Source of the DNA: an uncultured Verrucomicrobiales bacterium
GTDB taxonomy: Bacteria; Verrucomicrobiota; Verrucomicrobiia; Verrucomicrobiales; DEV007
Assembly: GCA_937891465.1 (NCBI GenBank)
Contig: CALAHF010000176.1
Span: 30,983-54,982, forward strand
Length of the DNA: 24,000 nt
Direction: 5' to 3'
Below, in pieces: positions 1-9,800 of the stretch. Each line of letters begins with the position of its first letter. Position 1 is the stretch's first letter. The position numbers were made by a program, and so were the translations under genes. The notes beneath the pieces were generated by a model. It was not told the DNA's origin and did not search any database. It saw nothing but the letters and a program-made list of their open reading frames with translations.

Positions 1-1270
1 TCACGTTTTTTCCGATGGCTGGAGTGGTTCGGCATTCGTCGGCGATTTTGTTTTTCCCGAGAACTTTTAATCCTTCGGTTGAGACTGCAATCGAGTGGAT
101 GTTTCCGCTTTCATCCGCGCAAAAAATGGATTTTCCATCGCTGACAGGTGAGCCGAAGAAACTACCTTCCGCACCTTCGAGCCGTGCTTTCCAGAATTCC
201 TCGCCAGTCGCGGCTTTCACGCAGGTGATGATTCCTGCGTCGTCCCAGAGATAGGCATTTTCGCCCACGACGATTGGGCTGGGAATGTGGGGGACATTCC
301 GCTCGATTCGCCAAATTTCTTCCAGCTCGCTGCCGTTTAGTTTCATGGCGACACAGTGTTTGGGATTCGCGGTGAACCCGCAGGTCCCAATGACAATTCC
401 ATTTCCTGCAAGAATCGGCGAACTAATGGCGCGTTCGTTTGTGTCGGCGTTAAAAACACTCTTGTCAGCGACAACCGAGCCGTCTTTTGGATCAATCGCG
501 GTAAAACCGTGCTGCCAGTTGGTGAACATTAGCAGTTCGCGGTCTCCGCTTTTGAAAAGGCAGGGAATTGAATAGCTGATCCGCTGGCTGCGGCGTTCGA
601 CAGTCCACGCTAATTCTCCCGTTTTTGCGTTCACCGCCAATAAATTTCCGGCGCCTTTTTCCTGATCATTATTCAGCACAACCAAATCGCCGATTAGAGT
701 TGGCGAAGCCCCAAATCCGTGACCGCCATTCACGGGGCCGAGATCTTTCTCCCAAAGCTTTTTTCCGGCGTGAGAAAACGCAATCATCGTCAATTTTGCG
801 GCAGTTCCCCACGTGAAAACGACGCGTTTCGAATCAACTGCCGGAGTTGACGAAGCAGCGGTGTTGAATTTGTGCCCTTTAAAAGCGCCGTCAGAAAATT
901 CGTACGACCAGAGGATCGAGCCGTCTTTCGCGTCCACACAAACCGGCATCCAGACTTGAGGCGTGGCCGGCTTCTTGGCCTTTTTCTTTTTGGTGCCTTT
1001 CTCGGCTGCTGCAGCTGGCTTTGCGGATTCCGCTGGTTTAGCGGAAAGTAGAAAAATTCGATCACCCCAAACTACGGGGGATCCGTTTCCTGCGCCCGGC
1101 AACGTCGTTTTCCATGCAAAACTTTCGTCCTTCCACACTGGTGGAATCGTGGCCGAATTTACAACTCCCGAGCCGTTTTCACCTCGAAGCCGCGGCCAGT
1201 TGCCGTCCTCATCGGCGAGAATGGGACTGCAGGCAATGATCGGAAGCAGCGAGAGCAAAAATCGTTTCAT
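1..1270 (-). CDS. PQQ-binding-like beta-propeller (BamB-like) secreted repeat protein, C-terminus outside the window
   Basis: Minus-strand frame open from ATG (CAT at 1268-1270) to the window edge; begins MKRFLLSLLPIIACSPILADEDGNWPRLRGENGSGVV (signal peptide then W-P-x-x-R-G motif), with propeller-like segments VCVDAKDGSILWSYEF, LLAVNAKTGELAWTVERR and FTAIDPKDGSVVADKSVF. Not listed as one ORF in the track because it runs off the left end. Confidence 0.85.
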   Translation of the reverse strand, partial: MKRFLLSLLPIIACSPILADEDGNWPRLRGENGSGVVNSATIPPVWKDESFAWKTTLPGAGNGSPVVWGDRIFLLSAKPAESAKPAAAAEKGTKKKKAKKPATPQVWMPVCVDAKDGSILWSYEFSDGAFKGHKFNTAASSTPAVDSKRVVFTWGTAAKLTMIAFSHAGKKLWEKDLGPVNGGHGFGASPTLIGDLVVLNNDQEKGAGNLLAVNAKTGELAWTVERRSQRISYSIPCLFKSGDRELLMFTNWQHGFTAIDPKDGSVVADKSVFNADTNERAISSPILAGNGIVIGTCGFTANPKHCVAMKLNGSELEEIWRIERNVPHIPSPIVVGENAYLWDDAGIITCVKAATGEEFWKARLEGAEGSFFGSPVSDGKSIFCADESGNIHSIAVSTEGLKVLGKNKIADECRTTPAIGKNV

Positions 1271-1373
1271 GGCGGAGTTTTGCAGAAACCGATGGTCGCG
1301 ACAACTCGCACGAATCGAGAGGCTGATCGTAAAAGCGTTGCTGAATTTGAAAAACTCGGCGATGTCCCGTTGG

Positions 1374-2396
1374 ATGTAAACGCTGATTTTCAAAGTCAAT
1401 CAACTCGGAGACAATGTGGTTTCCATACCGGTGATTCAGTTCATCGTTGATCGGTTTGGTGCGGACGAAACTCACGTTTTTACAACACCGATAGCTGCGG
1501 GTTTGTACGAAGGCCTCATTCCGGAAAACAATCTCCACAACTTTGTTCGCGAGAAATTTAATAGCATTTGGAAGTCGCCTGCAGCTTTTCTTAAACTGAT
1601 TCGCCAGGTTCGAAAGCTGAAACCAGATCTTGTTTTGGTGCCCTTCGATCAGGGGAATGTTGCCCGATTGTTGGCTCGCATTTCGGGTGTGAAATGCCGC
1701 GCTGGCGTTTTGAATCCGGCAACGAAAACTAACTTTTGTCTCAATCATTTATTCAAAACTGATCTGGCCCGACCGATGGCGGAACAGGATTGGGCTCTGG
1801 CTTGAATCCTTCAGGAAATTCCCGAAATTGATATTTCCGATGTCTCCGAATTCCCACCCGCGCCCGATTTATTTCATTTGGTGAGGCCCGAAACCAAAAC
1901 GATCGTGCATCGAATTTTGATCCATCCCGGGGCCAGCCGCGCCTACAAACAGTGGACGTTTTCTCGTTTCGAAGAACTCGCGGAGCAGCTGGTAGCGCGG
2001 GGATTTGAAGTTGTTTGGATCACCCAAAATACCGATGATAAAAATCGACTTCCGGCAAGCGTTATTCAGAAAACGCCATCGGATCTCAAGTCGTTCGTGA
2101 ATGATCTGGCTTCGGCAGAACTGTTCGTCGACAACAATTCCGGGCCGATGAACCTTGCCAATGCACTCGGAATTCCCAGCGTGATTTTCAGTGGGCCGTC
2201 TCCTGAAAAATGGGCCCCCTATTGGCATCGTGAACACGTCTCAAACCTGCGTGTTCCAGACTTGCGTTGTCAGCCGTGCGATCCCGTCAGTGGGCCGGTG
2301 AATGCCTGCCAAAATTGCGAATCGCCGATGGCCTGCATGAACGGAATCAGTGTCGATTTTGTGATCCAGGAAATCGAGCGTCTTCTGAAAAGTTAG
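1374..2396 (+). pseudogene. Glycosyltransferase family 9 (ADP-heptose:LPS heptosyltransferase-like), interrupted by in-frame stops TAA 1377-1379 and TGA 1803-1805
   Basis: Track ORFs 1416-1805 and 1878-2396 are in the same frame. Reading through TGA 1803-1805 gives ...AEQDWALA*ILQEIPEIDISDVSEFPPAPDLFHLVRPETKTIVHRILIHPGASRAYKQWTFSRFEELAEQL... The GT9 N-terminal motif K-V-N-Q-L-G-D-N lies upstream of the GTG at 1416 and is preceded by ATG-TAA (1374-1379). Confidence 0.65.
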
Positions 2397-4924
2397 TCCC
2401 GATAGTGCGCGACCTTTGAATAGCTCAGGCGATGTTGCGGAGGTTTCTGCAACATGCTCGCAGGAAGCAAAGGCAGATCGTGGGCCGGACTTCGTTTCTC
2501 ATGTTTTGAAAGCTCAGATACCGCCGCCGCTTTTAATTCAGACCAACGGAGGTTGCCGTCCAATTCAGGAGCGCATTTGATGTGGCGAAGAAAACTGAGC
2601 CATTCGATTGAGGCTCGCTCGACATCGCCGGGTCCGAATTCCAATTCGAGTTTGCGGGACTGCGCGAACAGGCTGGCCATGTTTCCATTTATCATGGCGT
2701 GAACTGCTTCGGAGGCATTTTCGCCGTAACCGACGGGTAACCCCAAGCGAAGATAACCGCCGAAATCAACGGGTCCGTAGGCTTGGCGACAAACTGCAGC
2801 GAGGCGTTCGCTGACCCCTGTGTCGGGTAATTCATCCATTTCGAAACGGTTGCCCGCGCGCAAGTTCGCGAGGTGCCAGATCAGTTCATCAATCGGGTAA
2901 TGCTTATCTTCCAAAGCCGCCGCGACGGCGAGCCCTTCGCCGTGTTGGAAAAAACTAAAAATCACGCCGCGTTCGGTTGGTTTGCCTGTTTCATCGATCA
3001 GCCCGAGTTTTCGCCACGCTTGCGCTGGTGAACCTGCCGTTGGGGAAATTTTCTGACCAAGTTCATCGCGGTAGTGCGTATCCGCTTTGATTTCGACAGT
3101 TTGAATTTCCGGTTCGTGAAGAAATTTTCCGTGCGGATCTTCACGAACCAACAGGGGATGTTTATCGAACGAACCCAGTACACTCAGCGTCGGGCCGCGC
3201 TGAATTAATCGGGCAAAGCGAGCGCCCTCGATATTTTCGAACAGGGAATCGGGGATCAGCGTCTCGATTTCTTCGCGGGAAAAATGGCCGTCAGTTTTCG
3301 CAAAATCAGCCAGCTTTCGGGTTTGTTTAGTGAGCCGAAAAATCCCGCCGTCTCGCTCGGTTTCCGTCGCCACTGCCATTTCCAAACCGTAGCGCCGCTC
3401 GGCCTCCGTTTTTTCATCGAGCCGACATAAGCGAGCGCTTTTCGGCAATCGTGCGCTGATGAATTCGCTACTTGATTCAGCTGGCACGTAACGGCCTTTT
3501 TGAAAAATCATCGACTCGCGCAGCGGGATTTCGGTTTCTGGAAATTTATCGACAGGCTTCCATTCGAGCGCGGAATCGAGAAATTCGCGACGGGTCGGCA
3601 CGAGTCCGAAAAGTGGAACGTCGCCGCTGTCATTTTCATCTGTGGCCTTTCGCTGACGAAATCCGATGTGAATTTTCTGTTTTGAAAACAAGCGCTCGAT
3701 CACTTTTCGCGCTGCATCGAATGGCGATTCGTCTGCTAAATGCATCGCTCTCAGCAAGGTGGGCCAATCGATTTCGTTGGCGCGATGCAATTCATTGGCG
3801 CGCGCATCGGAGAGTCGAGGGGTGTCGTCTCCCGAAATGACATAGCCAATTTCATCAAGCCCGCGACGCCCAGCCCGGCCAAACATTTGTAGCAATTCAT
3901 CGGGCGCAACGGTTCGCTGAAACGGCCCGTCCTGGTAAACCGTGTCTGTCACGAACACGGATCGAACCGAAAAATTGATTCCTGACGCCAATCCCATCGT
4001 GGCTACGATCACGCGAAGCTGGCCGGCTTTTGCAAGCGGTTCGACGATGGCTGATCGCTCGCCAAACGTGAGTCCGCTGTGATGCCACGCGACTCGTTTT
4101 CGAAGCAGCTTTTTTAATTCCGGCCCGCAAACTTGAGCCAATGATGAATCGGCGAAAGTGATCGGATCGTCATCCGGTAGGGATTCTGCGATCTTCTTGG
4201 CGATTTTTTCCGCGGTTCGGCGCTGAGGTGCAAAAATCAAGAGCGGTCCGTAGTTTGAAAGCAAAGCTCCCTGGGCAACTCGCTGCCAGAAATTTTTGAC
4301 CTTCTTAGGTGCTCGATTTGGCATCGCCTGAAAGGGCATGTCTTCCAGCGGAACCGGGCGATGATCCGTTCGAATCACAGCGACGTCGCGGCCGAGTTTC
4401 TCAAACCATTCCGCGACTTTTTTCGGGTTCGCGACACTCCCCGAAAGCAATAGAAGCTGCGTATTGGGCGGGGCCAACGCGACCGCGAGTTCGTAATTCA
4501 ATCCACGTCGCAAATCGCCGATCATTTGATATTCGTCGATCACCAGTAGCTTGGGACCTTCCCCTTTCAGAAGTCGTTCGCGCTGTGTTTCTAAGGTAGC
4601 CACAAGAACCGGTGCATCCAGATTTACCGCCAAATCACCGGTGGCGATTCCTGTTTTCCAGCCGGCATTTTTCCATTCCCGCCATTTGTCGTTTGCCAGT
4701 GCCCGAGTAGGCACGGTGTAAACGGCTTGCTCATTGTCGTGAAGAAATTTCCCTGCTTTGATTAGGCTTTCAAAAATGAAGGTTTTCCCTGCGCCAGTCG
4801 GTGCATCAACGATGACATCCTGGCCCGCTGCAAGCGCGCGAATCGCGTCCTGCTGCCACAAATCAGGAACCGCCAGTTTGACCTGGAGGCCCTCAAAAGC
4901 ATCGGTGAACGCATTTTCGAACAT
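2393..4924 (-). CDS. Ski2-like DEAD/DEAH-box superfamily 2 helicase (843 aa)
   Basis: Walker A APTGAGKT, Walker B/box II VIDEYQ, motif III SGSVAN, motif VI QMFGRAGRRGLDEIGY, ATMGLASGINFSVRSVFV. Confidence 0.9.
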   Translation of the reverse strand: MFENAFTDAFEGLQVKLAVPDLWQQDAIRALAAGQDVIVDAPTGAGKTFIFESLIKAGKFLHDNEQAVYTVPTRALANDKWREWKNAGWKTGIATGDLAVNLDAPVLVATLETQRERLLKGEGPKLLVIDEYQMIGDLRRGLNYELAVALAPPNTQLLLLSGSVANPKKVAEWFEKLGRDVAVIRTDHRPVPLEDMPFQAMPNRAPKKVKNFWQRVAQGALLSNYGPLLIFAPQRRTAEKIAKKIAESLPDDDPITFADSSLAQVCGPELKKLLRKRVAWHHSGLTFGERSAIVEPLAKAGQLRVIVATMGLASGINFSVRSVFVTDTVYQDGPFQRTVAPDELLQMFGRAGRRGLDEIGYVISGDDTPRLSDARANELHRANEIDWPTLLRAMHLADESPFDAARKVIERLFSKQKIHIGFRQRKATDENDSGDVPLFGLVPTRREFLDSALEWKPVDKFPETEIPLRESMIFQKGRYVPAESSSEFISARLPKSARLCRLDEKTEAERRYGLEMAVATETERDGGIFRLTKQTRKLADFAKTDGHFSREEIETLIPDSLFENIEGARFARLIQRGPTLSVLGSFDKHPLLVREDPHGKFLHEPEIQTVEIKADTHYRDELGQKISPTAGSPAQAWRKLGLIDETGKPTERGVIFSFFQHGEGLAVAAALEDKHYPIDELIWHLANLRAGNRFEMDELPDTGVSERLAAVCRQAYGPVDFGGYLRLGLPVGYGENASEAVHAMINGNMASLFAQSRKLELEFGPGDVERASIEWLSFLRHIKCAPELDGNLRWSELKAAAVSELSKHEKRSPAHDLPLLPASMLQKPPQHRLSYSKVAHYRD

Positions 4925-4938
4925 GGGAACGTGACGAG

Positions 4939-6150
4939 TTGGGGAGGCGGTTTTTAGAAGGTTACGATCGAATAGGGTATGTTCATCGAATCAATAGGGT
5001 TGTTTCGTTTCCGGTGCAAAATAGTTGTCGTCAGGGAGAGAGCGATTTAGCATTCACAATCGAAACGAACGAACATTCCTTTTTGGGGCAGCAAGTGCCG
5101 ATTGGTCAGGTGACGAATGAATTGCAGGCTTTGTTTGCCGGTGATGAGAAGGATCAGGATTCGGGGATTACCCGAGCGTCGCTGATCAATCTGGCGATTT
5201 ATCAGGAGGGGCCGGAATCGCTCGAAGTTGCTGCGGAAACGGTTGCCGAGATCGTTCAGGAAGCGGCGTGCCGTTCGATTTTGATCGGGGCGGATACAAA
5301 AGGTGAAACTGGGGCCAAAGCCTGGGTTCAGGCGCACTGCCAAATATTGGGGCGGGATTATCGCAAAACGGTCTGCACCGAGCAGTTGGCGTTTCAATTG
5401 ACGGGGGCGACTCCAGGGTTGGCCCGCAATACGGTGTTCGCGCATTTGGATTCTGATTTGCCGCTTGTTTTTTGGTGGCGCGGGGAATTTTCGGAGGCCT
5501 TTTCAGATCGCCTGTTTACACGAATTGATCGATTGGTTTTTGACAGTTGCAGCTGGTCGGATCCTCGTTCGCAGTTTTTGCGGCTGAGACAAGCCTCCGC
5601 GGAAGCAAAGGCGTCGTTTATCCCGCATGATTTGAGTTTCACGCGATTAAACCCGATTCGTTCCTCCATCGCGCGGTGCTTTGACGATCCGTTGCCCCGG
5701 AAGGAGGCAAGTCGAATTTCTTCGGTGGAAATTCGGCATGGATCCAACTTTCGGATGCCGGCGTTGTATTTGGCTGCTTGGCTCGCGACGCGATTGAAAT
5801 GCGATTTGTTGGCGAATGAGTCTGATACGCAATCGTTCCGGTTTCGGCGCCGGAGTTCGGGCGAGATCAGTGGATTAACAGTGAATCTGAAGGCGGTTGA
5901 TGAGGGGTGTGAAGCGATTTGCTCGGTCGATATGAAATCGAACAATGCTCATTTCTCGCTGAATCGGAAAGACAACAATCGCTTTTGGGAATTGACTTCA
6001 AAAATCGGGGATTGCCCTGCGAACGTTGAATTGCTTCCGATGCCGGATCGATCAGACGCGGTTCTGGTGACGGAGATATTGATGCGTGGCGGCCGCAACC
6101 ATGTGCTTTGCGATGCGCTGAAAGTGGTTCGCGAAATGCTAGTGGTCTGA
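4939..6150 (+). CDS. opcA: Glucose-6-phosphate dehydrogenase assembly protein OpcA-like protein (start uncertain, probably downstream of 4939)
   Basis: OpcA-like segments: ARNTVFAHLDSDLPLVFWWRGEFSEAFSDRLFTRIDRLVFDSCSW and C-terminal DAVLVTEILMRGGRNHVLCDALK. The track start (TTG 4939) reads through a repeat hairpin, so the real start is likely later. Confidence 0.7.
   Translation: MGRRFLEGYDRIGYVHRINRVVSFPVQNSCRQGESDLAFTIETNEHSFLGQQVPIGQVTNELQALFAGDEKDQDSGITRASLINLAIYQEGPESLEVAAETVAEIVQEAACRSILIGADTKGETGAKAWVQAHCQILGRDYRKTVCTEQLAFQLTGATPGLARNTVFAHLDSDLPLVFWWRGEFSEAFSDRLFTRIDRLVFDSCSWSDPRSQFLRLRQASAEAKASFIPHDLSFTRLNPIRSSIARCFDDPLPRKEASRISSVEIRHGSNFRMPALYLAAWLATRLKCDLLANESDTQSFRFRRRSSGEISGLTVNLKAVDEGCEAICSVDMKSNNAHFSLNRKDNNRFWELTSKIGDCPANVELLPMPDRSDAVLVTEILMRGGRNHVLCDALKVVREMLVV
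4971..5007. repeat. Repeat-element copy with two AATAGGGT motifs and a TAGGG-loop hairpin between the helicase and opcA-like genes
   Basis: AATAGGGT at 4971-4978 and 4993-5000; CGAATCAA-TAGGG-TTGTTTCG at 4987-5007 (one mismatch in the stem), nearly identical to 19654-19674. Confidence 0.75.
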
Positions 6151-6159
6151 GACCGATTC

Positions 6160-6837
6160 CTACAATCCCTTCGCGTTGGCGTAGGCGTTGGGATTGAGCA
6201 TTTTCTTCACATCGCTGACAGACATTTTGGTATTGCTGCCGTCGAGAAATCCGGCGGTTCTGCGAAGGCCATCTGCGGTGGCCGAGTTGGCGAGAGCGCG
6301 ATTGCCCTGCCGATTGGAGGTTCGAGCAAATGATTTATTTTCGCCGAACTGCTGATTCCCAAGTCGGCTTTTCTGCTGACCGAACCAGGATTCTTTTTTT
6401 GCAAAACTCTGACCGGTCTCGCTGGCGCGACTGCCGCCTTCGCGAGCAAACATACCGCCCTCGCGGGCGTTTTCATTGGCGCCGTTGAAGCTCTTTCGTT
6501 TTAAATATTCGGGAGTTTTGAATTCCTTCTTCACCGGGTTACGACCTCCAAGTCGCGCGTCTTTTTTCCCACCAAAGGCTTTGCTTCCTTCGCGGGAGTT
6601 TCGGTCGGAGTAGAGATCACCGCTGTTAGCTTTGATGTTGCCCTTGTCGTCGATTTTATATCCGCGGTTGGTAAACTTGCTGCGAATTTCGTCTTCGTCA
6701 TTTTCGTCACCGGCAAATTTCATCTGTCCGGGGCGAGTTCCTTTGACCGTTCGCTTGGTCGCGCATGACGAAATGAAGATCGCTGCGGCAACGGCGAAAA
6801 TTGTAAACGTAAGAAATCTGGACGGGTTTGTCTTCAA
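6160..6837 (-). CDS. Putative lipoprotein, Arg/Gly/Asn/Lys-rich low-complexity, unknown function
   Basis: MKTNPSRFLTFTIFAVAAAIFISSCATKR: signal peptide plus lipobox ending in Cys. TTG start at 6837-6835 overlaps the TGA stop of the upstream TPR gene by 4 nt (TTGA). Confidence 0.65.
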   Translation of the reverse strand: MKTNPSRFLTFTIFAVAAAIFISSCATKRTVKGTRPGQMKFAGDENDEDEIRSKFTNRGYKIDDKGNIKANSGDLYSDRNSREGSKAFGGKKDARLGGRNPVKKEFKTPEYLKRKSFNGANENAREGGMFAREGGSRASETGQSFAKKESWFGQQKSRLGNQQFGENKSFARTSNRQGNRALANSATADGLRRTAGFLDGSNTKMSVSDVKKMLNPNAYANAKGL

Positions 6838-9800
6838 AGAGGGGTGGAAGTGTCCTGTATTTTTCCGGTTTCGGCAAGTTGTCTCCGAAATTCTTCAAAT
6901 TCGATCAATTGGCCTTCGCTGAGGGAGAAAAGTGATCCTATTTGATCGGAGTCCAAACTTTCGGGGAGTTGGGCATTAAATTCGGCGAGAATCGAAATGC
7001 TCATTAACACGGATTTGCTGAACCCACGTTTCAGGATTTCCTGAGCCAGAGAATGATCTTTTTGTTCGATGGCGAAGCGAGCGTAGTCCTCCAAAAACGG
7101 AGTGTGGCGATTGGTGATTCGGCGAATGGAATCGTAATAACGGCGGAACAAGGCTGCCGCAAAATCAGTCTGATCGGCATCTGAAAATTTACGCGCAAGA
7201 TGCCAACGCGCTCCGAAAACCGGAAGGCGAGGGGATTGACTGGCCTGTGAAAAACGGTCGGCTCCGACTTCTTCAATCAGTCGAGCATGAACTTCGGCGA
7301 GGCGCAGCCGATCATCGATCGCAGCAAAAAACTTAATCTGTCGTTCGGGATCACCTTGAAAAGACGTCCGGGTGATGAAGTGTTTTCTAACATTGATCAA
7401 ATCAAATGCGGCCGATTTCCCGATTTCCCCGAATTGAAGAAGGCTCTCTAAAAGGTGATCAAATTCGGGGTCGGAAAGGGTTGCGGCAAATTCAGGGTCG
7501 AACGAGCCGCTGAGAAAGCTTAAACCAATCCTCGTGGCGACTTTGGTATCGGGCCGATTCAGGTAGGCTTCGAGAACGGGGGTCCATTCTTCGGTTCCGT
7601 GATTTTTGACGAGTCCGAGAAACGTTTTTGTGCGCGGAGCCGTGTTTTGCAAGCTGTCGAGAAGTTGCCGGAGGGGCGATTCGATTTCAGAAAACGGGAT
7701 GGTTTGCGAATCCAAATCGAGCCTCAGCGAAGCTGCGAGAAGTTGCGAGCGAGCGTCGGACTCTGCAATGGTGTTCTTTCTAGCCTGATTCAATAGCGCA
7801 CTCCGAGCCTCAGTTTCCAATCCAGCGGCAAATAATTTGTTAGCGACTTCGACAGTCAGTTCAGGATCGAAGTATTTCTCAGACTGACGAATGAGATCTG
7901 AGAGCGATTTTTCATTCTCAGTGAGGGAAGCGATTTCCAAAATGGCTTCGTCTTCAATGTTGCGTGATTTCTGATCGAGTTTGATTTCGCGAAGCCACTC
8001 CAGGGCTGCCTCCATGTCACCGCGATTGCTCAATAATTTTGCTCCCGCGAGGAAATGAATCTTCGTCGCCGATTTTTGTTCGCGCATGTGTTTGAGCAAC
8101 CGCAGAAGCGCCTCGTCGTTTCCGGTCTTTTGATAGGCCCGCGCGAGAGCGCTTTGATAAGAATAAACGGCAGCCGCAGTTGAGGGCGGAGTAGCGCTTT
8201 CCAGATGACTGAGCTGGCTGAGACGCTCGACATCGCGCAATTGAAGGAGAAACTCAGCGTGATAGCGCTTGATGTCTTCGAGGCCCATTCCGGTTGGGAT
8301 TGCGGTCGTTTGAGAAAGGTAGCGCTCGATCATTTCGAGTGCAGCACTTGGCTCACCAGCGGCAATTGCTGCATCGAGAAATCCCCGTAAAATCGAGTAG
8401 TCGCCGGGATATTTGATGGCATCAGCGCGATAGACATTCATCGCTTCGCGCCGGAATCCTCGAAGGTCGAGCGTTCTCGCGAGGAGCATTCGACCTTTGG
8501 GATCGGCCATCCGATTTGCGATCAACTGAAGGGGAGCAAGGCGGTCTGCGGGCAATAGGCTCTCTAGATACAAGGCAATTCGTTCCGCTTCGTATTCTTC
8601 GAGTTCGGTTTGTCCGTCATCTGAGAGCGTTGGCGAGAGCGTTCCCGTTTCGAGAACTTTAAAAAGCCGGGCGGCCTGATCTCGGGAAAGGTGAAAACGC
8701 GACGCGGAAAAACGAAGGTTGGAAAGTAATCGAGACCATCGAAGTCGTTCGGTTTCGTCATCGGTATCGATGTTGCCGGTGGGCATGCTTTCGTTGAGAG
8801 TGTATTCCCACAATGGAAAAAGCGCTTCGATTGCCTGATCGGTCCGGCCTGCGAGCGTTTCGAGATAAATGGTGCGTTGCAAATTTACGCCGCGATCGGC
8901 ATTTGGATTGCTCTCGATCCACGTTCGAATTTCTTCGAGCAGAGCCTGTTTTTCTGTGGCCGATTCCGTAGCTTCAAAAAGCTCGGACGCGGTCGACGTG
9001 TAGTAAGTTGGCAGCGAGTAGATGGCGCCGCGGTCGTGCACCAAATCGAGCGCGCTTCGCAGCCATTTCATTCGTTGATCATCGAACCCAATTTTGCCCG
9101 CCGTTTCTGAAACAAGATAATGAAAATCGCCGCTGCTTGAGAGGCTTCGCTTACCGAGGATTTCTCCCACCCGGAACGCGCCTGCGAAATCGTTCTTTTC
9201 GCGCAGCTCTTTGAAAAGCCGATTCCCGATGTTTTCCGAGATCGACAAGTCACGGACATAATCGTCGTAGCCCATAGGGAAGAAGCGTGCTTCGCCTTGG
9301 TCAGCGATCACCAGAAAAAGTCCGGTGATTGGAAAAATTTCCCTTTCGACAACGTTTTCGTTGATCCATTTCAGCAGGTCTTCTTTTTGGTTCCCCAGAA
9401 TCGAAAAGTAGCTGAACCAAACTTTCTCCATGGGATTTGCGGCCGCTTTTTCAATCAGCAATGGCGTTAAAATATCGAGCGTTTCCTTGCCTGCACCCAC
9501 ATAATGGAAAGCCCACAACTTTTCTGAAAGAGAAGCCTGTTTATCCCGTTTCCAGCGATTCACCCATCCGCTTTTTTTAACTTCCGATTGTTGGCTAATG
9601 ATGCCAGCCGCGACTTCGATCGCCCGGAGGTGAATTAATTCAGGAGCGGTCGGAATGCGATCAAACTCGGGATGGTTTTTCTCAAGATGTTCGACGAGGT
9701 CCTCCTGCAAATTTTCTTCTAAAAATGGAAAGCGCTCGATGATGCCTTGCATTCGATCCAATCCTAAGTTGCCTGAATTTGTGATTGGTAAAAGGGGAAG

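Noticed and set aside
1209-1748. Minus-strand ORF of 179 aa crossing the PQQ/GT9 divergent region
   Set aside because: Overlaps both better-supported genes and has no recognisable motifs; likely incidental.
1803-1805. Selenocysteine interpretation of the in-frame TGA in the GT9 gene
   Set aside because: No Cys is expected at this non-catalytic interdomain position, no clear SECIS hairpin follows immediately, and a second stop (TAA at codon 2) makes decay or sequence error simpler.
6340-6560. Low-complexity region of the lipoprotein gene considered as a DNA tandem repeat
   Set aside because: Short recurring peptide units (REGG, SRxG) are not matched by a regular nucleotide period; compositional bias only.
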